A stretch of 41,921 nucleotides of DNA, taken from positions 1 to 41,921 of IMG/VR virus record IMGVR_UViG_3300031965_001337; one strand, written 5' to 3'. Below, in pieces: positions 1 to 9,186 of this stretch. Positions within the stretch are counted from its first letter, which is position 1. Each line of letters opens with the position of its first letter. The DNA is from a virus. Taxonomy: Duplodnaviria; Caudoviricetes. Position numbers and translations under genes: made by a program. The notes under the pieces are model-generated. The model saw only the letters and a list, made by a program, of their open reading frames with translations. It was not told the DNA's origin and searched no databases.

Positions 1-132
1 ATGGAGCTCAACCCGATCGAGGAGATCATCGCGTCGTGGCCGCTGTGGTCACGGCTGCTGCCCGCCGCCGTGCTCGGCGCGCTCGCCGCGGTCGGCGTCT
101 GGTCGACCCGCAAGGACGTCCGGGGGAAGTAA
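1..132 (+). CDS. small membrane protein (43 aa)
   Basis: ATG at 1, TAA at 130-132 overlapping the next ATG; hydrophobic stretch LLPAAVLGALAAVGVW. Confidence 0.55.
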   Translation: MELNPIEEIIASWPLWSRLLPAAVLGALAAVGVWSTRKDVRGK

Positions 133-704
133 TGGACGACCGCCCGGCGCCCTTGCACGGCAACCTCCGCCTTGCCACGTACTGCGACGGCGACACCGAC
201 TGGTGGCCCGGCTGCGGTTCGTGCGGCGCCTGCGGCGGGCCTATTCCGAAGACGGAGCGCGCGCCCCTCGGCGGCAGCGCCCGCCAGCCGGCGCGCTTCT
301 GCCGCCCGGCCTGCAAGCGCTGGTGGCGCGACAACCACCACTGGCCCTCGGCGCGCCGGGCGTGCCTCAAGCGCGACCGCTTCACCTGCACGCGCTGCCA
401 CCGCCGCGCGACGACGTCGGCCTCGCGCCGGCGGCCCGGCCGCATCGAGCCGGCGGGGCTCCCCAACGTCCAGCTGGAGGTCAACCACAAGACGCCGCTC
501 GCGGACGATCGTGGTGGCGGCAGCCACGGCGGCGACGGCTACAAGACGGGCTGCCAGCACCACCAGGACGGCCTCGAGACGGTGTGCGACGGCTGCCACG
601 CCGAGATCACGACCGGGCAGGGCCGCGAGCGCCGGGAGCGCGCGGAGCGCGCGCCCGGCCGCGTCGTGCGCCCGGAGGTCGTAGGACCAGGAGGGCGCGT
701 ATGA
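132..704 (+). CDS. HNH endonuclease with N-terminal Cys-rich zinc-binding region
   Basis: RRACLKRDRFTCTRC...LEVNHKTPL...LETVCDGCH HNH pattern; FCRPAC zinc motif; start coupled to upstream stop (TAATG). Confidence 0.8.
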   Translation: MDDRPAPLHGNLRLATYCDGDTDWWPGCGSCGACGGPIPKTERAPLGGSARQPARFCRPACKRWWRDNHHWPSARRACLKRDRFTCTRCHRRATTSASRRRPGRIEPAGLPNVQLEVNHKTPLADDRGGGSHGGDGYKTGCQHHQDGLETVCDGCHAEITTGQGRERRERAERAPGRVVRPEVVGPGGRV

Positions 705-1666
705 GCACGCCGACAGCGCCGCGCACGACCACCAATCTGAAGTCGATCGCCGGCGGGAAGGCCTACGGCGAGCACACGCGGGTGCTCGCACCGTCCGTGA
801 ATGGCGGTCCGCAACGCGCCGCCGATGACCTCTACCCGGTGCCGGACGACGACCGCTTCGAGGAAGCCGACTACATGGCCGCGCCGGATCTCGGCGAGGT
901 GGCGCGCGCGCTGATCAAGGCGGAGCCGGCGCGGTTCGACCACTTCAAGGGCCTGCGCGTCATCTACCTGTGGCGGCGCAAGGGCGGCACGCACGCCGGC
1001 GGCCGCCTGACGCTCGGCAAGTGCCAGAAGCCCGGCGGCCTGCTCGCCTACTTCGCGGACGCCGAGTTCGTCATCTGGGTCGCCGCCGACCACCACAGGG
1101 AGCGCGTCGCCGGCGCACGCGCCGGCGCGACGCGCTTCGAGATCGAGGCCGTCGTCTTCCACGAGATGTGCCACATCGGCATCGAGTGCAACGAGAAGGG
1201 CGAGTGCCGCAACGTCGTCGTCCCGCACGACGTCGTCACCTTCAACGCTGAGATCGCCCGCTACGGCGCGTGGAAGGACGACCTGCGCGCGGCCGCGGCG
1301 ACGTTCCAGCAAATGCCACTGTGGCCGGAGGACAGCGCAGCGACGTTCGTCCGCGACATGCAGGCGATGGTCGACGACGAGCGCAGCGGCATCACCGGCG
1401 TGAGCATGACGGCTGCCGGCAAGACGGCGACGATCGCCGCCCGAAGGAACAAGCGTACCAACGACTCTCAAGGAAAGGAGGTGCACATGCCAGAGATCAA
1501 CGTCAAGCTGGCCGAGGGCCAGAGGGAGAACGTCGAGATCGCCGGGATCACCGTCACGGCGACGGAGACGCCGCGCACGGTCGACGACGAGGCGCTCGAG
1601 GCGCTCGAGGCGGACGACCGCGTCACCGTCGTGCGCGCGACCGACGACGCACCGGCGGCGGACTAA
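701..1666 (+). CDS. putative phage metallopeptidase
   Basis: HExxH motif (VFHEMCHI), LGKC and PHDV..F..EIARYG motifs; ATGA overlap with upstream gene. Confidence 0.75.
   Translation: MSTPTAPRTTTNLKSIAGGKAYGEHTRVLAPSVNGGPQRAADDLYPVPDDDRFEEADYMAAPDLGEVARALIKAEPARFDHFKGLRVIYLWRRKGGTHAGGRLTLGKCQKPGGLLAYFADAEFVIWVAADHHRERVAGARAGATRFEIEAVVFHEMCHIGIECNEKGECRNVVVPHDVVTFNAEIARYGAWKDDLRAAAATFQQMPLWPEDSAATFVRDMQAMVDDERSGITGVSMTAAGKTATIAARRNKRTNDSQGKEVHMPEINVKLAEGQRENVEIAGITVTATETPRTVDDEALEALEADDRVTVVRATDDAPAAD
1487..1666 (+). CDS. possible separate 59-aa acidic protein from an internal in-frame start (MPEINVKL...)
   Basis: strong SD AAGGAGGT at 1475-1482 before in-frame ATG 1487. Confidence 0.5.
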   Translation: MPEINVKLAEGQRENVEIAGITVTATETPRTVDDEALEALEADDRVTVVRATDDAPAAD

Positions 1667-1698
1667 CCGCCCCCGCGTGGGCCCGTAGCCCCATCACG

Positions 1699-1764
1699 TC
1701 TCGCCGCGACGGCCCGAAGCGCGGGCCCGCAAGCGCGGCCAGCGCGCCAGCCAGCGCGGCGAGA
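1699..1764 (+). promoter_or_regulatory. intergenic multi-hairpin RNA structure next to the downstream RBS
   Basis: TCTCGCCGCG (1699-1708) pairs with CGCGGCGAGA (1755-1764); internal CCGC-AAGC-GCGG hairpin. Confidence 0.4.
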
Positions 1765-1782
1765 GGCGGAGGTGCAACGAAA

Positions 1783-2262
1783 ATGGTCCGCATCCGAGTG
1801 CTCGATGTAGACGGCGACGCCGGCGACGTCCAGGCCGTGCTGGACCGGCTGGCCGGGGTGGTGACGGACCGCGGGGGCGGTGGAGACGCGCACGCCGGCG
1901 TGCTGGAGTTGGCGGCGGGTGAGCCGCCGCCTGCCGACGATGCATCTGCGGCCGCGGCCAGCGCGAACGATGCGCCCACCGCCGCGCCGCCCCCCCCCAC
2001 CGAGGTAGCGGAGGCGGCGCAGCGGCCGCCCGGCGCGGACGCCCCCGACATCGAGGACGTGTCGCTCGAGGAGGACGTCGGCGTGCGGTTTGAGGCCGGC
2101 CCGCCGCCGCAGATCCACATCCACCGCCGCGGGCGCGGCCGGCACATGCACGAGTTCGTGCTGCCGGATGGCGCGCCCGCGCGCAAGCCGCACGCCGCGA
2201 CGTGCAGCCGCGAGATCGGCGGTCGACCGTGCGACGAGCGAAGGACGTTCCGGCTGCTATGA
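1783..2262 (+). CDS. hypothetical protein, Pro/Ala-rich middle, His/Cys-rich C-terminus
   Basis: SD GGAGGT at 1768, ATG 1783; stop overlaps next start. Confidence 0.6.
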   Translation: MVRIRVLDVDGDAGDVQAVLDRLAGVVTDRGGGGDAHAGVLELAAGEPPPADDASAAAASANDAPTAAPPPPTEVAEAAQRPPGADAPDIEDVSLEEDVGVRFEAGPPPQIHIHRRGRGRHMHEFVLPDGAPARKPHAATCSREIGGRPCDERRTFRLL

Positions 2263-4190
2263 CGAAGGCGAAGCCGGCGAAGGCCGCGACCTCTCTGCCC
2301 ATCGGCGCCACAATGGACGGCGAGAGCCTCGTCCTGCCCGACGACGCGGTGACGCAGGGCTTCGCCATCCTGGCCCGCCGCCGCAGCGGCAAGAGCACGC
2401 TCGCCGGTGTGATGGAAGAGACGTTCTGCCAGCGCGGCGACCCATGGGTCTGCTTCGACCCGGTGCGCGCCCACTACGGCATCAACTACCGCGACCGGGC
2501 TGGCCAGCCGGCCGAGCCGTCCGGGTACGACGTCCTGATCGTCGGCGGTCCGCACGGCCACGTCCCCCTCGAGGAGCACGCCGGCGCCCAGCTGGCCGAG
2601 GTGATCGTCGACACCGACATCAGCTGCGTGATCGATCTGCGCGATGAGAGCGACGCGGCGACGCGAGGCTTCGTCGCCGCGTTCGCCCGCGAGCTGCTCA
2701 AGATCAACACCACGCCGCGCCACGTCTTTCTCGAGGAGGCGCATGAGTTCGTTCCGCAGCAGCTCTGGGAGAAGGGCAGCCGCGAGCTGACGCAGGTGCG
2801 CTCCGCCGTCTCCCGCCTGATCCGCAACGGCGGCGGTGCCGGCATCGGCTTCACGCTGATCAGCCAGCGTCCGGCCGAGGTGGCGAAGTCGGTGCTGGAA
2901 CAGATCGACAACCTCTTCATCCTGCGCATGAGCGGGCCGAACGACATCGGGGCGGTGAAGGGCTGGTTCGAGCACAACGTCGGCGACCGCGAGCAGCTGA
3001 GCGAGATCCTGTCCACGCTGCCCGCGCTCAACCCGCTGGCCGGTGAGGCCTGGCTGTGCTCGCCGACGTGGCTCCACGAGATCACCCGCGTCAACATCCG
3101 CCCGCGCACCACCTACCACGCCGGCCGCACGCCCAAGAAGGGGGAGCGCCCGGTCGCCCCGAAGCAGGTCGAGCTGGGCAAGGTGATCGAGCAGTTCCGG
3201 GCGGCGGCCGAGCGCCGCCACATTGCGATCGCTGAGGAGCGGGACATCAAGGCGGAGAACGCGGAGCTGCGGAAGAAGGTGGCCGCGCTCGAGAAGGGGC
3301 GTAGTGCGCCCCCCGCCGCACCCGCCGCGGGCGCGCCGCCCGATGAGACACTGATCGAGCGCCGCGTGACCGCCGCCGTGTCGACCGCGCTGGGCGGCGA
3401 GCGGCGTGAAAGGCAGCAGCACGAACGCGCGATCGCGCAGCTCGTCCGGCACGCCGAACGCTCCGTCCCGCCGCTGCGGTCCGCGCTGGACGGCCTGGAG
3501 GGCAGCCTGGGGCGGCTGAGGGTGGCGCTGAACGGGTCGATGGCAGACGGAGCGGCCGCGCCCGCGGCCCCCGCGACGGCTACGGTTCACATGACCGGCT
3601 TGCCGGGCGCGGCGCTCGCCGCCGCGCTGGCCGAGGCGGCCGAGCGGGGCAAAGAGCAGCTTGAGCGCAACGCCCGCGCCCGCAACAGCGACCCCGAGGG
3701 CGGCATCCCTGCCGGCTCAATGAAGATGCTGCGCGAGCTGGCCGCCCGCCATCCCCTGTCGTGGACGCAACGGCAGCTCGGCAGCCTCTCCGGCTACCCC
3801 CACACAAAGAGCACGTACCGGACCTACCGCTCGCGGCTCACCAGCGGCGGCCTGATCGAGGTCGCCGGCGAAGACGTCTCGATTACCGCCGCCGGCCTGG
3901 CCCTCTTCGGCGATGCGATCCCCGCAGCGCCGCCCGATCACGCTGCCGTGATGGCGATGTGGCGAGCCAGCCTGCCCGCCGGCTCGTACGCGATGCTGGA
4001 GGCGGTGGTGGCTGCCGGGCCGGCCGGCCTGACGCAGGACGAGATGGCGCAGCGGTCCGGCTACGACCGCTGGTCCAGCACGTACCGAACCTATCGCTCG
4101 CGGCTGACCAGCAACGGCTTGGTCCAGATTGCCGGCGAGACGGTGCGCGCGACCGACACGCTCTACCCGGAGGGAGGGCAGCTGCCATGA
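2259..4190 (+). CDS. DUF87/HerA-like P-loop ATPase with coiled coil and two C-terminal winged-helix repeats
   Basis: Walker A ARRRSGKST, Walker B VFLEEAHEF, SQRPAEV motif; duplicated STYRTYRSRLTS.GL repeat. Confidence 0.8.
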   Translation: MTKAKPAKAATSLPIGATMDGESLVLPDDAVTQGFAILARRRSGKSTLAGVMEETFCQRGDPWVCFDPVRAHYGINYRDRAGQPAEPSGYDVLIVGGPHGHVPLEEHAGAQLAEVIVDTDISCVIDLRDESDAATRGFVAAFARELLKINTTPRHVFLEEAHEFVPQQLWEKGSRELTQVRSAVSRLIRNGGGAGIGFTLISQRPAEVAKSVLEQIDNLFILRMSGPNDIGAVKGWFEHNVGDREQLSEILSTLPALNPLAGEAWLCSPTWLHEITRVNIRPRTTYHAGRTPKKGERPVAPKQVELGKVIEQFRAAAERRHIAIAEERDIKAENAELRKKVAALEKGRSAPPAAPAAGAPPDETLIERRVTAAVSTALGGERRERQQHERAIAQLVRHAERSVPPLRSALDGLEGSLGRLRVALNGSMADGAAAPAAPATATVHMTGLPGAALAAALAEAAERGKEQLERNARARNSDPEGGIPAGSMKMLRELAARHPLSWTQRQLGSLSGYPHTKSTYRTYRSRLTSGGLIEVAGEDVSITAAGLALFGDAIPAAPPDHAAVMAMWRASLPAGSYAMLEAVVAAGPAGLTQDEMAQRSGYDRWSSTYRTYRSRLTSNGLVQIAGETVRATDTLYPEGGQLP

Positions 4191-5929
4191 CGGCGAAGCG
4201 TACAACTAGGCGGACCAGAGCGCGGCCCGGCGGCGGCGGGGTGGCCACGGCCGGCGCGCTTGCGGTGCCACAGCTGCCCCTGGCGGATTTGGATATTGTC
4301 GAGCTGCCGCTCGGAGACCTCGAGTCAGCGCCATTCCAGCACCGCACCGAGGATGCGGAGGCGCTGCAGGAGCTGGCTGCGTCGCTCGCGCAGGACGGCC
4401 AGCTTGAGGCGATCATCGCGCGGACGATTAAGGACGCCGGCGACGCCGGCCCGAAATACGAGATCGTCGCCGGCCACCGGCGCGTAGCGGCGCTGCGGCT
4501 GAACGGCGCCACGGCGGTCCGCGCTCAGGTCCTCGACCTGGACGACGAGCAGGCCTTCCGCGCCGCGCTCATCGACAACATGAAGCGCAACGACCTTGAG
4601 CCGCTCGACGAGGCCCGCACGTTCCACTTCGGCGTCTCGGAGGCGGGCTGGACGGTCGAGAAGATCGCCGACTGGATCGGCCGTCCGCGCGACTTCGTCA
4701 ACGGCCGCCTGCGGCTGCTCAAGCTCGACCCCGCGGTGCGGCGCCTGCTCGAGGACCGCGCCATATCGATCGCGGCGGCGGAGCTGCTTCAGACGGCGGC
4801 ACCTATCAAGGGCGCGCTGCCGCAACTCGTGAAGCGGGTCGAGCCGGGGGACACGGTGCACGACATCGAACGCGAGGTTGAGGCCATCTTCCGCGACAAT
4901 ACGATCCCACTCGGCAAGGAGACACCGTTCGCCTACGAGGAGGAGTGCGCGCGGCTCGGCTGCCTCGGCAAGAACCCGGCCGGCGCTCCCGTCTGTCTGA
5001 ACCGCGCCAACTACGTGCGGCTCGCCGTCGAGCTGAACAACGACGCGATCGCGGCCGCCGTCGAACGCTACCGTGCGGCGCACAAGGATGCGGCGGACCT
5101 CAAGGTCTATTACGAGCTATCCGCCGTCGAGCCCGGCTGGCACAGCTACGGCTACCGCCCGCCCGCGGTGAAGGGCTACCCACCACCGCCGGCCAGCGGC
5201 AAAGGCATCATCGTCAAGGTGCCGGACGAGCGCTCCGAGTTCGCGCAGGGGAAGATCCCGGTCGCGCTCCTGAGCGAGCGGCAGACGGACCGCTACGGCG
5301 TCACGCAGCAGACGCCGGCGCAGAAGGCGAAATCGGCCGCGACGGCCGACACGCGTCGCCGGCACACGCTCGCGCTCCAACCGCTGCTCAAGGACGCGAT
5401 GCAGGCGGCGGTTGACGAGCTCTGCCGGCAGCCCGCACGCGCGCTGGCCGCCGGCATGGTCACTCGCTACCGGGTGAGCGATGACCTGCAGCTCGAGGGC
5501 GACATACGCCGCGCGATGGATGCGCTCAAGATCAAGCTCCCCGGCGGCCCCAGCAGCGGCGACGGCCTGGTGCAGCGGCTGGCGTCGCTCGACGTGGCGC
5601 GGCTGCACCGCATCATCGCCGCCGCGAAGGTGTGGAAGCTGGACAACCCGTATGACTACGCGACGTGGAGCGCCGGCGGCGGCACGGCGGTCATCAGCGC
5701 GAAGCGCCTGCGCGGCTCACTCGCGGTCCTGCTGGGCGCTAACAGGGCGGCGCTCTTGCTTAGCCACGCTGATCGCCTGCAGAAGCAGCTGGCGACGGAG
5801 GCGAAGGCGACGGCGAAGGGGAAGGCTGCACGGCCGGCGGAGACGAAGAGCGGTGGCAAGAAGAAGGCGGCCGCGGCCCGCCGCCGGTCAACGAAGAAGC
5901 GCGCTAAGCGTCGCGGAGGGGCCCCATGA
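4187..5929 (+). CDS. parB: ParB/RepB/Spo0J family protein with Lys/Arg-rich tails
   Basis: LQELAASL...GQLEAII...YEIVAGHRRVAA, DNMKRNDLEPLDEA, HTH WTVEKIADWIGR. Confidence 0.85.
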   Translation: MTAKRTTRRTRARPGGGGVATAGALAVPQLPLADLDIVELPLGDLESAPFQHRTEDAEALQELAASLAQDGQLEAIIARTIKDAGDAGPKYEIVAGHRRVAALRLNGATAVRAQVLDLDDEQAFRAALIDNMKRNDLEPLDEARTFHFGVSEAGWTVEKIADWIGRPRDFVNGRLRLLKLDPAVRRLLEDRAISIAAAELLQTAAPIKGALPQLVKRVEPGDTVHDIEREVEAIFRDNTIPLGKETPFAYEEECARLGCLGKNPAGAPVCLNRANYVRLAVELNNDAIAAAVERYRAAHKDAADLKVYYELSAVEPGWHSYGYRPPAVKGYPPPPASGKGIIVKVPDERSEFAQGKIPVALLSERQTDRYGVTQQTPAQKAKSAATADTRRRHTLALQPLLKDAMQAAVDELCRQPARALAAGMVTRYRVSDDLQLEGDIRRAMDALKIKLPGGPSSGDGLVQRLASLDVARLHRIIAAAKVWKLDNPYDYATWSAGGGTAVISAKRLRGSLAVLLGANRAALLLSHADRLQKQLATEAKATAKGKAARPAETKSGGKKKAAAARRRSTKKRAKRRGGAP

Positions 5930-6522
5930 AGATCTACCTCGCGGCGCGCTACAGCCGCCGCCCGGAGCTGCAGCGGTACGCGCGCGAGCTCGTCCTGCTC
6001 GGCCACCACGTGACGAGCCGCTGGCTGACCGCCGAGCACGCCGTCACGGACGAGCAGCTGGTCGACGCCGGCGCAACGCTCGACACGCTGCGCCTCGGCC
6101 GCCAGTACGCGCGCGGCAACATCGCCGACGTCGCGCAGGCGCAGCTGCTGATCGGGTTCACGGAGGGCCTGCCCAGGCCGATCGTCCCGGGCGCGGTCAT
6201 CGGCGCCATCGAGCTCGTGCCGTACGGCGGCCGCCACACCGAACACGGCATCGCGCTCGCGCTCGGCCGCCCCTGCTGGCTCGTCGGCCCGCGCGAGAAC
6301 GTCTTCCACACGCTCGCCGACGGCCTGTTCGACACCTGGCCCGAGGCGGTCCGCGCGCTCGGGCTGATCACGGCGAGCGGCCTCGAGCCGAGCGCAGCGG
6401 GACGGCTCGGCTGGGTGGGGGAGGCGGCGGCGCCCGCGGAGGATCATCAGCTTCGGCCACACGACGCCCGCGGGGAGGCCTTGGTGCGGCCCGCGCTGGA
6501 CCCGGCGGGAGCGGCGTCGTGA
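5926..6522 (+). CDS. nucleoside 2-deoxyribosyltransferase-like protein
   Basis: MKIYLAARY N-terminus, GGRHTEHGIALALG, ENVFH motifs. Confidence 0.7.
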   Translation: MKIYLAARYSRRPELQRYARELVLLGHHVTSRWLTAEHAVTDEQLVDAGATLDTLRLGRQYARGNIADVAQAQLLIGFTEGLPRPIVPGAVIGAIELVPYGGRHTEHGIALALGRPCWLVGPRENVFHTLADGLFDTWPEAVRALGLITASGLEPSAAGRLGWVGEAAAPAEDHQLRPHDARGEALVRPALDPAGAAS

Positions 6523-6767
6523 CGCAGATCCGCGACGGCCAGGGCCCGCGCTACACGTGCCTCGGGACGCGGCGCGCCGGAGGGGAGGACCTGACGCGCC
6601 ACCGGCACGACGCGGACGCGGGCCCGCCGGCGCAGCCCGCCCTCGAGCACGAGCACACGCTCGGGCGGGGCCACCACCGCCACGCTGGGCCGAACAGCCC
6701 CGTCGTGGCCATCACGACGCCCGTCGCGGCTGCTCGCCGCGAAGAGACGAGGGAGCCGGCGCCATGA
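6519..6767 (+). CDS. hypothetical His-rich protein
   Basis: GTGA and ATGA coupling on both sides. Confidence 0.4.
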   Translation: MTQIRDGQGPRYTCLGTRRAGGEDLTRHRHDADAGPPAQPALEHEHTLGRGHHRHAGPNSPVVAITTPVAAARREETREPAP

Positions 6768-7072
6768 GCATCATGCTGAAGCCCCACGTGGTGCGCTTCT
6801 CGCCCGGCTACGAGGGCCGCAGTAGCGGCGCCAGCGCGCAGCACCAGGACGTGGTCCAACTCGGTACGGCCGCCCCCGTCGGCGGCATGGGCGCGGAGAG
6901 CCTCTGCTGCCAGTCGTGCGGCGACGCGCTACACGACGACCTCGCGCTCATTCACCGCGGCCGGAACCTGCGCGGCGACACGTTCGAGAAGGTGTACCAC
7001 GCCCGGCACGTGCTGGGCGGCCGCGACGCGCCGGAGCTCGCCGGCGGCGATCCTCACGGAGTACCGTCCTGA
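6764..7072 (+). CDS. hypothetical zinc-binding protein
   Basis: CCQSCG...YH..H motif; translational coupling. Confidence 0.5.
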   Translation: MSIMLKPHVVRFSPGYEGRSSGASAQHQDVVQLGTAAPVGGMGAESLCCQSCGDALHDDLALIHRGRNLRGDTFEKVYHARHVLGGRDAPELAGGDPHGVPS

Positions 7073-7254
7073 TGGGCGGCAGCAACTACGGGAAGCTCCA
7101 GAACCAGCGCGCGCGCAAGCGCGTCCTCGCGGACGGCCAGGGCGCGACGCGGCGGCGGCCGAGCCACCGCACCAACTCGCCCCGCCACAAGCGCGCGTTC
7201 CGCGACCTACGACGGCAGCGCGCGCATCGAGATGGAGACGGCGTTGGGCGATAA
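7072..7254 (+). CDS. small basic hypothetical protein
   Basis: TGATG coupling; Arg-rich 60 aa. Confidence 0.35.
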   Translation: MGGSNYGKLQNQRARKRVLADGQGATRRRPSHRTNSPRHKRAFRDLRRQRAHRDGDGVGR

Positions 7255-8356
7255 GACGGGCATCGGCTGGACCGACGCGACGTGGAACCCGATCGCTGGC
7301 TGCACGCGCGTCTCGCCGGGCTGCGCCAACTGCTACGCGCTGACGCTGCACAACCGGCGGTACAAGGCGAACGTGAAGGCGGGGATGATGTGGAGCGGGC
7401 TGCAGGAGGAGGCGCCCCGCCGCCGCATAGTGGGGAGCGAGGGCTGGCCGCAGAACGTGAAACGGGTCGGCCCCCCGCCGGAGGGCTGGGCCGCGCGCGG
7501 ACGCTCGCTCGGCGTGCGAATGCCCATGCCGCCGCAGTACGACCTACCGTTCACGAAGGTGCAGCTGCTGCCGGAGCGCCTCGACCAGCCGCCGCGCTGG
7601 CGGCGCCCGCGTCGCATCTTCGTCAACAGCATGAGCGACCTGTTCCACGAGGACGTGCCCTTTGAGTTTATCGACAGGGTGTTCGGTGCCATGCTTGCCG
7701 CGAAGCGCAACGGGCACAGGTTCCAAATCCTGACGAAGCGCCCGGAGCGAATGCACGAGTACGTAACGCGCGAGTGGAAACGAACCGCCTGCGGCGACCG
7801 CTTCGAGGAAACGTACAGCCACGTCTGGCTCGGCGTCTCGGTCGAGGACCAGGAGCGCGCGGACGAGCGCATCCCGCTGCTGCTCGACACGCCGGCGGCG
7901 GCGCGGTTCATCAGCGCGGAGCCGCTGTTGGGCGCGCTGGACGTGACGCCATGGCTCGGCTGGGACGCCTGCCAACCCGGTGAGGTCTGCGGAAGACACG
8001 CTCGCCTGTCCTGGGTGATCGCCGGCGGCGAGAGCGGCGGGCCGCCCGAGCGACGGCTGGTGCAGGAGTGCGCTCACCGCGGCTTCCAGCGCGCGAACGA
8101 CCTCGAGGTCCTGCCGTGCAAGGAAGACTGCTACCGCTGCCACGGCGCGCAGTGGGAGCCGACGCCGGACGGGCTCGCTTGGGTCAGTTCGCTGCGCGAC
8201 CAGTGCGCCGCCGCCGGCGTCCCCTTCTTCCTGAAGCAGTGGGGCGGTCTGCGGCCCACATCGGGTGGAAGACTTCTCGATGGCCGCGAGTGGAATCAGT
8301 TCCCTGACGGGACGGGCAGCGGGAGCGTGGCAGCGATCGCGAAAGCGGCGGGGTAG
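7232..8356 (+). CDS. DUF5131 (phage Gp37/Gp68) radical-SAM-like protein
   Basis: IGWTDATWNPIAGCTRVSPGCANCYA, IFVNSMSDLFH, FQILTKRPER, WVIAGGESG, FFLKQWG. Confidence 0.93.
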   Translation: METALGDKTGIGWTDATWNPIAGCTRVSPGCANCYALTLHNRRYKANVKAGMMWSGLQEEAPRRRIVGSEGWPQNVKRVGPPPEGWAARGRSLGVRMPMPPQYDLPFTKVQLLPERLDQPPRWRRPRRIFVNSMSDLFHEDVPFEFIDRVFGAMLAAKRNGHRFQILTKRPERMHEYVTREWKRTACGDRFEETYSHVWLGVSVEDQERADERIPLLLDTPAAARFISAEPLLGALDVTPWLGWDACQPGEVCGRHARLSWVIAGGESGGPPERRLVQECAHRGFQRANDLEVLPCKEDCYRCHGAQWEPTPDGLAWVSSLRDQCAAAGVPFFLKQWGGLRPTSGGRLLDGREWNQFPDGTGSGSVAAIAKAAG

Positions 8357-8369
8357 ATCGGGAGGTTCG

Positions 8370-9038
8370 ATGGTCTGGCTCAAGATGGACGATGGCTTCG
8401 CCGAGCACGAGAAGGTGACGGGGCTCTCCGATCGCGCGTTCCGCGTGCACGTCGGCGCGCTCTGCTACGCCGCGCGGAGTAACACGGACGGCCGCGTGCC
8501 GAGGTCGCATTTGGCCGTCCTGCGCGGGACGGTGCGCCATGCGGACGAGTTGGTGGCTGCCGGGCTCTGGGATACGAGTGCTGGCGGCGGTTGGAGCATC
8601 CACGACTACCTGCAATACAACCCATCGGCGGCCGACCTCGCGCAGCGCAGCGCCCTCGCCCAGCGCCGATGGGCGCTCAACCACAACGACGACCTCCGCG
8701 AGGCGATCCGTGATCGCGACGGCGACCAATGCCGCTACTGCCGCCGCACGGTCAATTGGCGCGACCGGCGCGGGCCCGCAGGCGGCACCTACGATCACGT
8801 CGTCCCCGTGACACAAGGCGGCGCAGACGACCTGGAGAACATCGTGGTCGCCTGCAAGGGCTGCAACTCGGCCAAGGGGGCGAGGACGCCCGCCGAGGCC
8901 GGCATGGAGCTGGTGCCACCGGTCGTCATGCGGCTGCCGCTCGAGCTGCGCGGCGAGCTCGCGGACGGACGAACTACACCCGACCTACACCCGATCTACA
9001 CCAAACCTGCACCCGATCAAGCCCAGGGGCAGATCTAA
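8370..9038 (+). CDS. replication-initiator-type N-terminal domain fused to an HNH endonuclease
   Basis: MVWLKMDDGF..H.K and WSIHDYLQYNPS motifs of phage replication proteins; RDGDQCRYC...DHVVP...NIVVACKGCNSAKG; SD GGAGG. Confidence 0.75.
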   Translation: MVWLKMDDGFAEHEKVTGLSDRAFRVHVGALCYAARSNTDGRVPRSHLAVLRGTVRHADELVAAGLWDTSAGGGWSIHDYLQYNPSAADLAQRSALAQRRWALNHNDDLREAIRDRDGDQCRYCRRTVNWRDRRGPAGGTYDHVVPVTQGGADDLENIVVACKGCNSAKGARTPAEAGMELVPPVVMRLPLELRGELADGRTTPDLHPIYTKPAPDQAQGQI

Positions 9039-9110
9039 CCTGAGGTTGTTCTATGCCTTTTCTAGACAACCCGTACCCGTACCCGTACCCCGGATCCCGA
9101 TCCAGATCGG
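8972..9110. repeat. putative replication origin: iteron-like repeats, inverted repeat, (CCGTAC)3
   Basis: ACTACACCCG / ACCTACACCCG / ATCTACACCAA / ACCTGCACCCG tandem 11-mers; GGTTGTTCTA...TAGACAACC inverted repeat; lower GC; lies between replication genes. Confidence 0.55.
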
Positions 9111-9186
9111 CAAAGAACCGTGATCTTCCGGCGGAGGGTCTCTCTGCGATCGTTAGCGGCAGCGGCCCGCAGGGAGAGGCCCCCCG

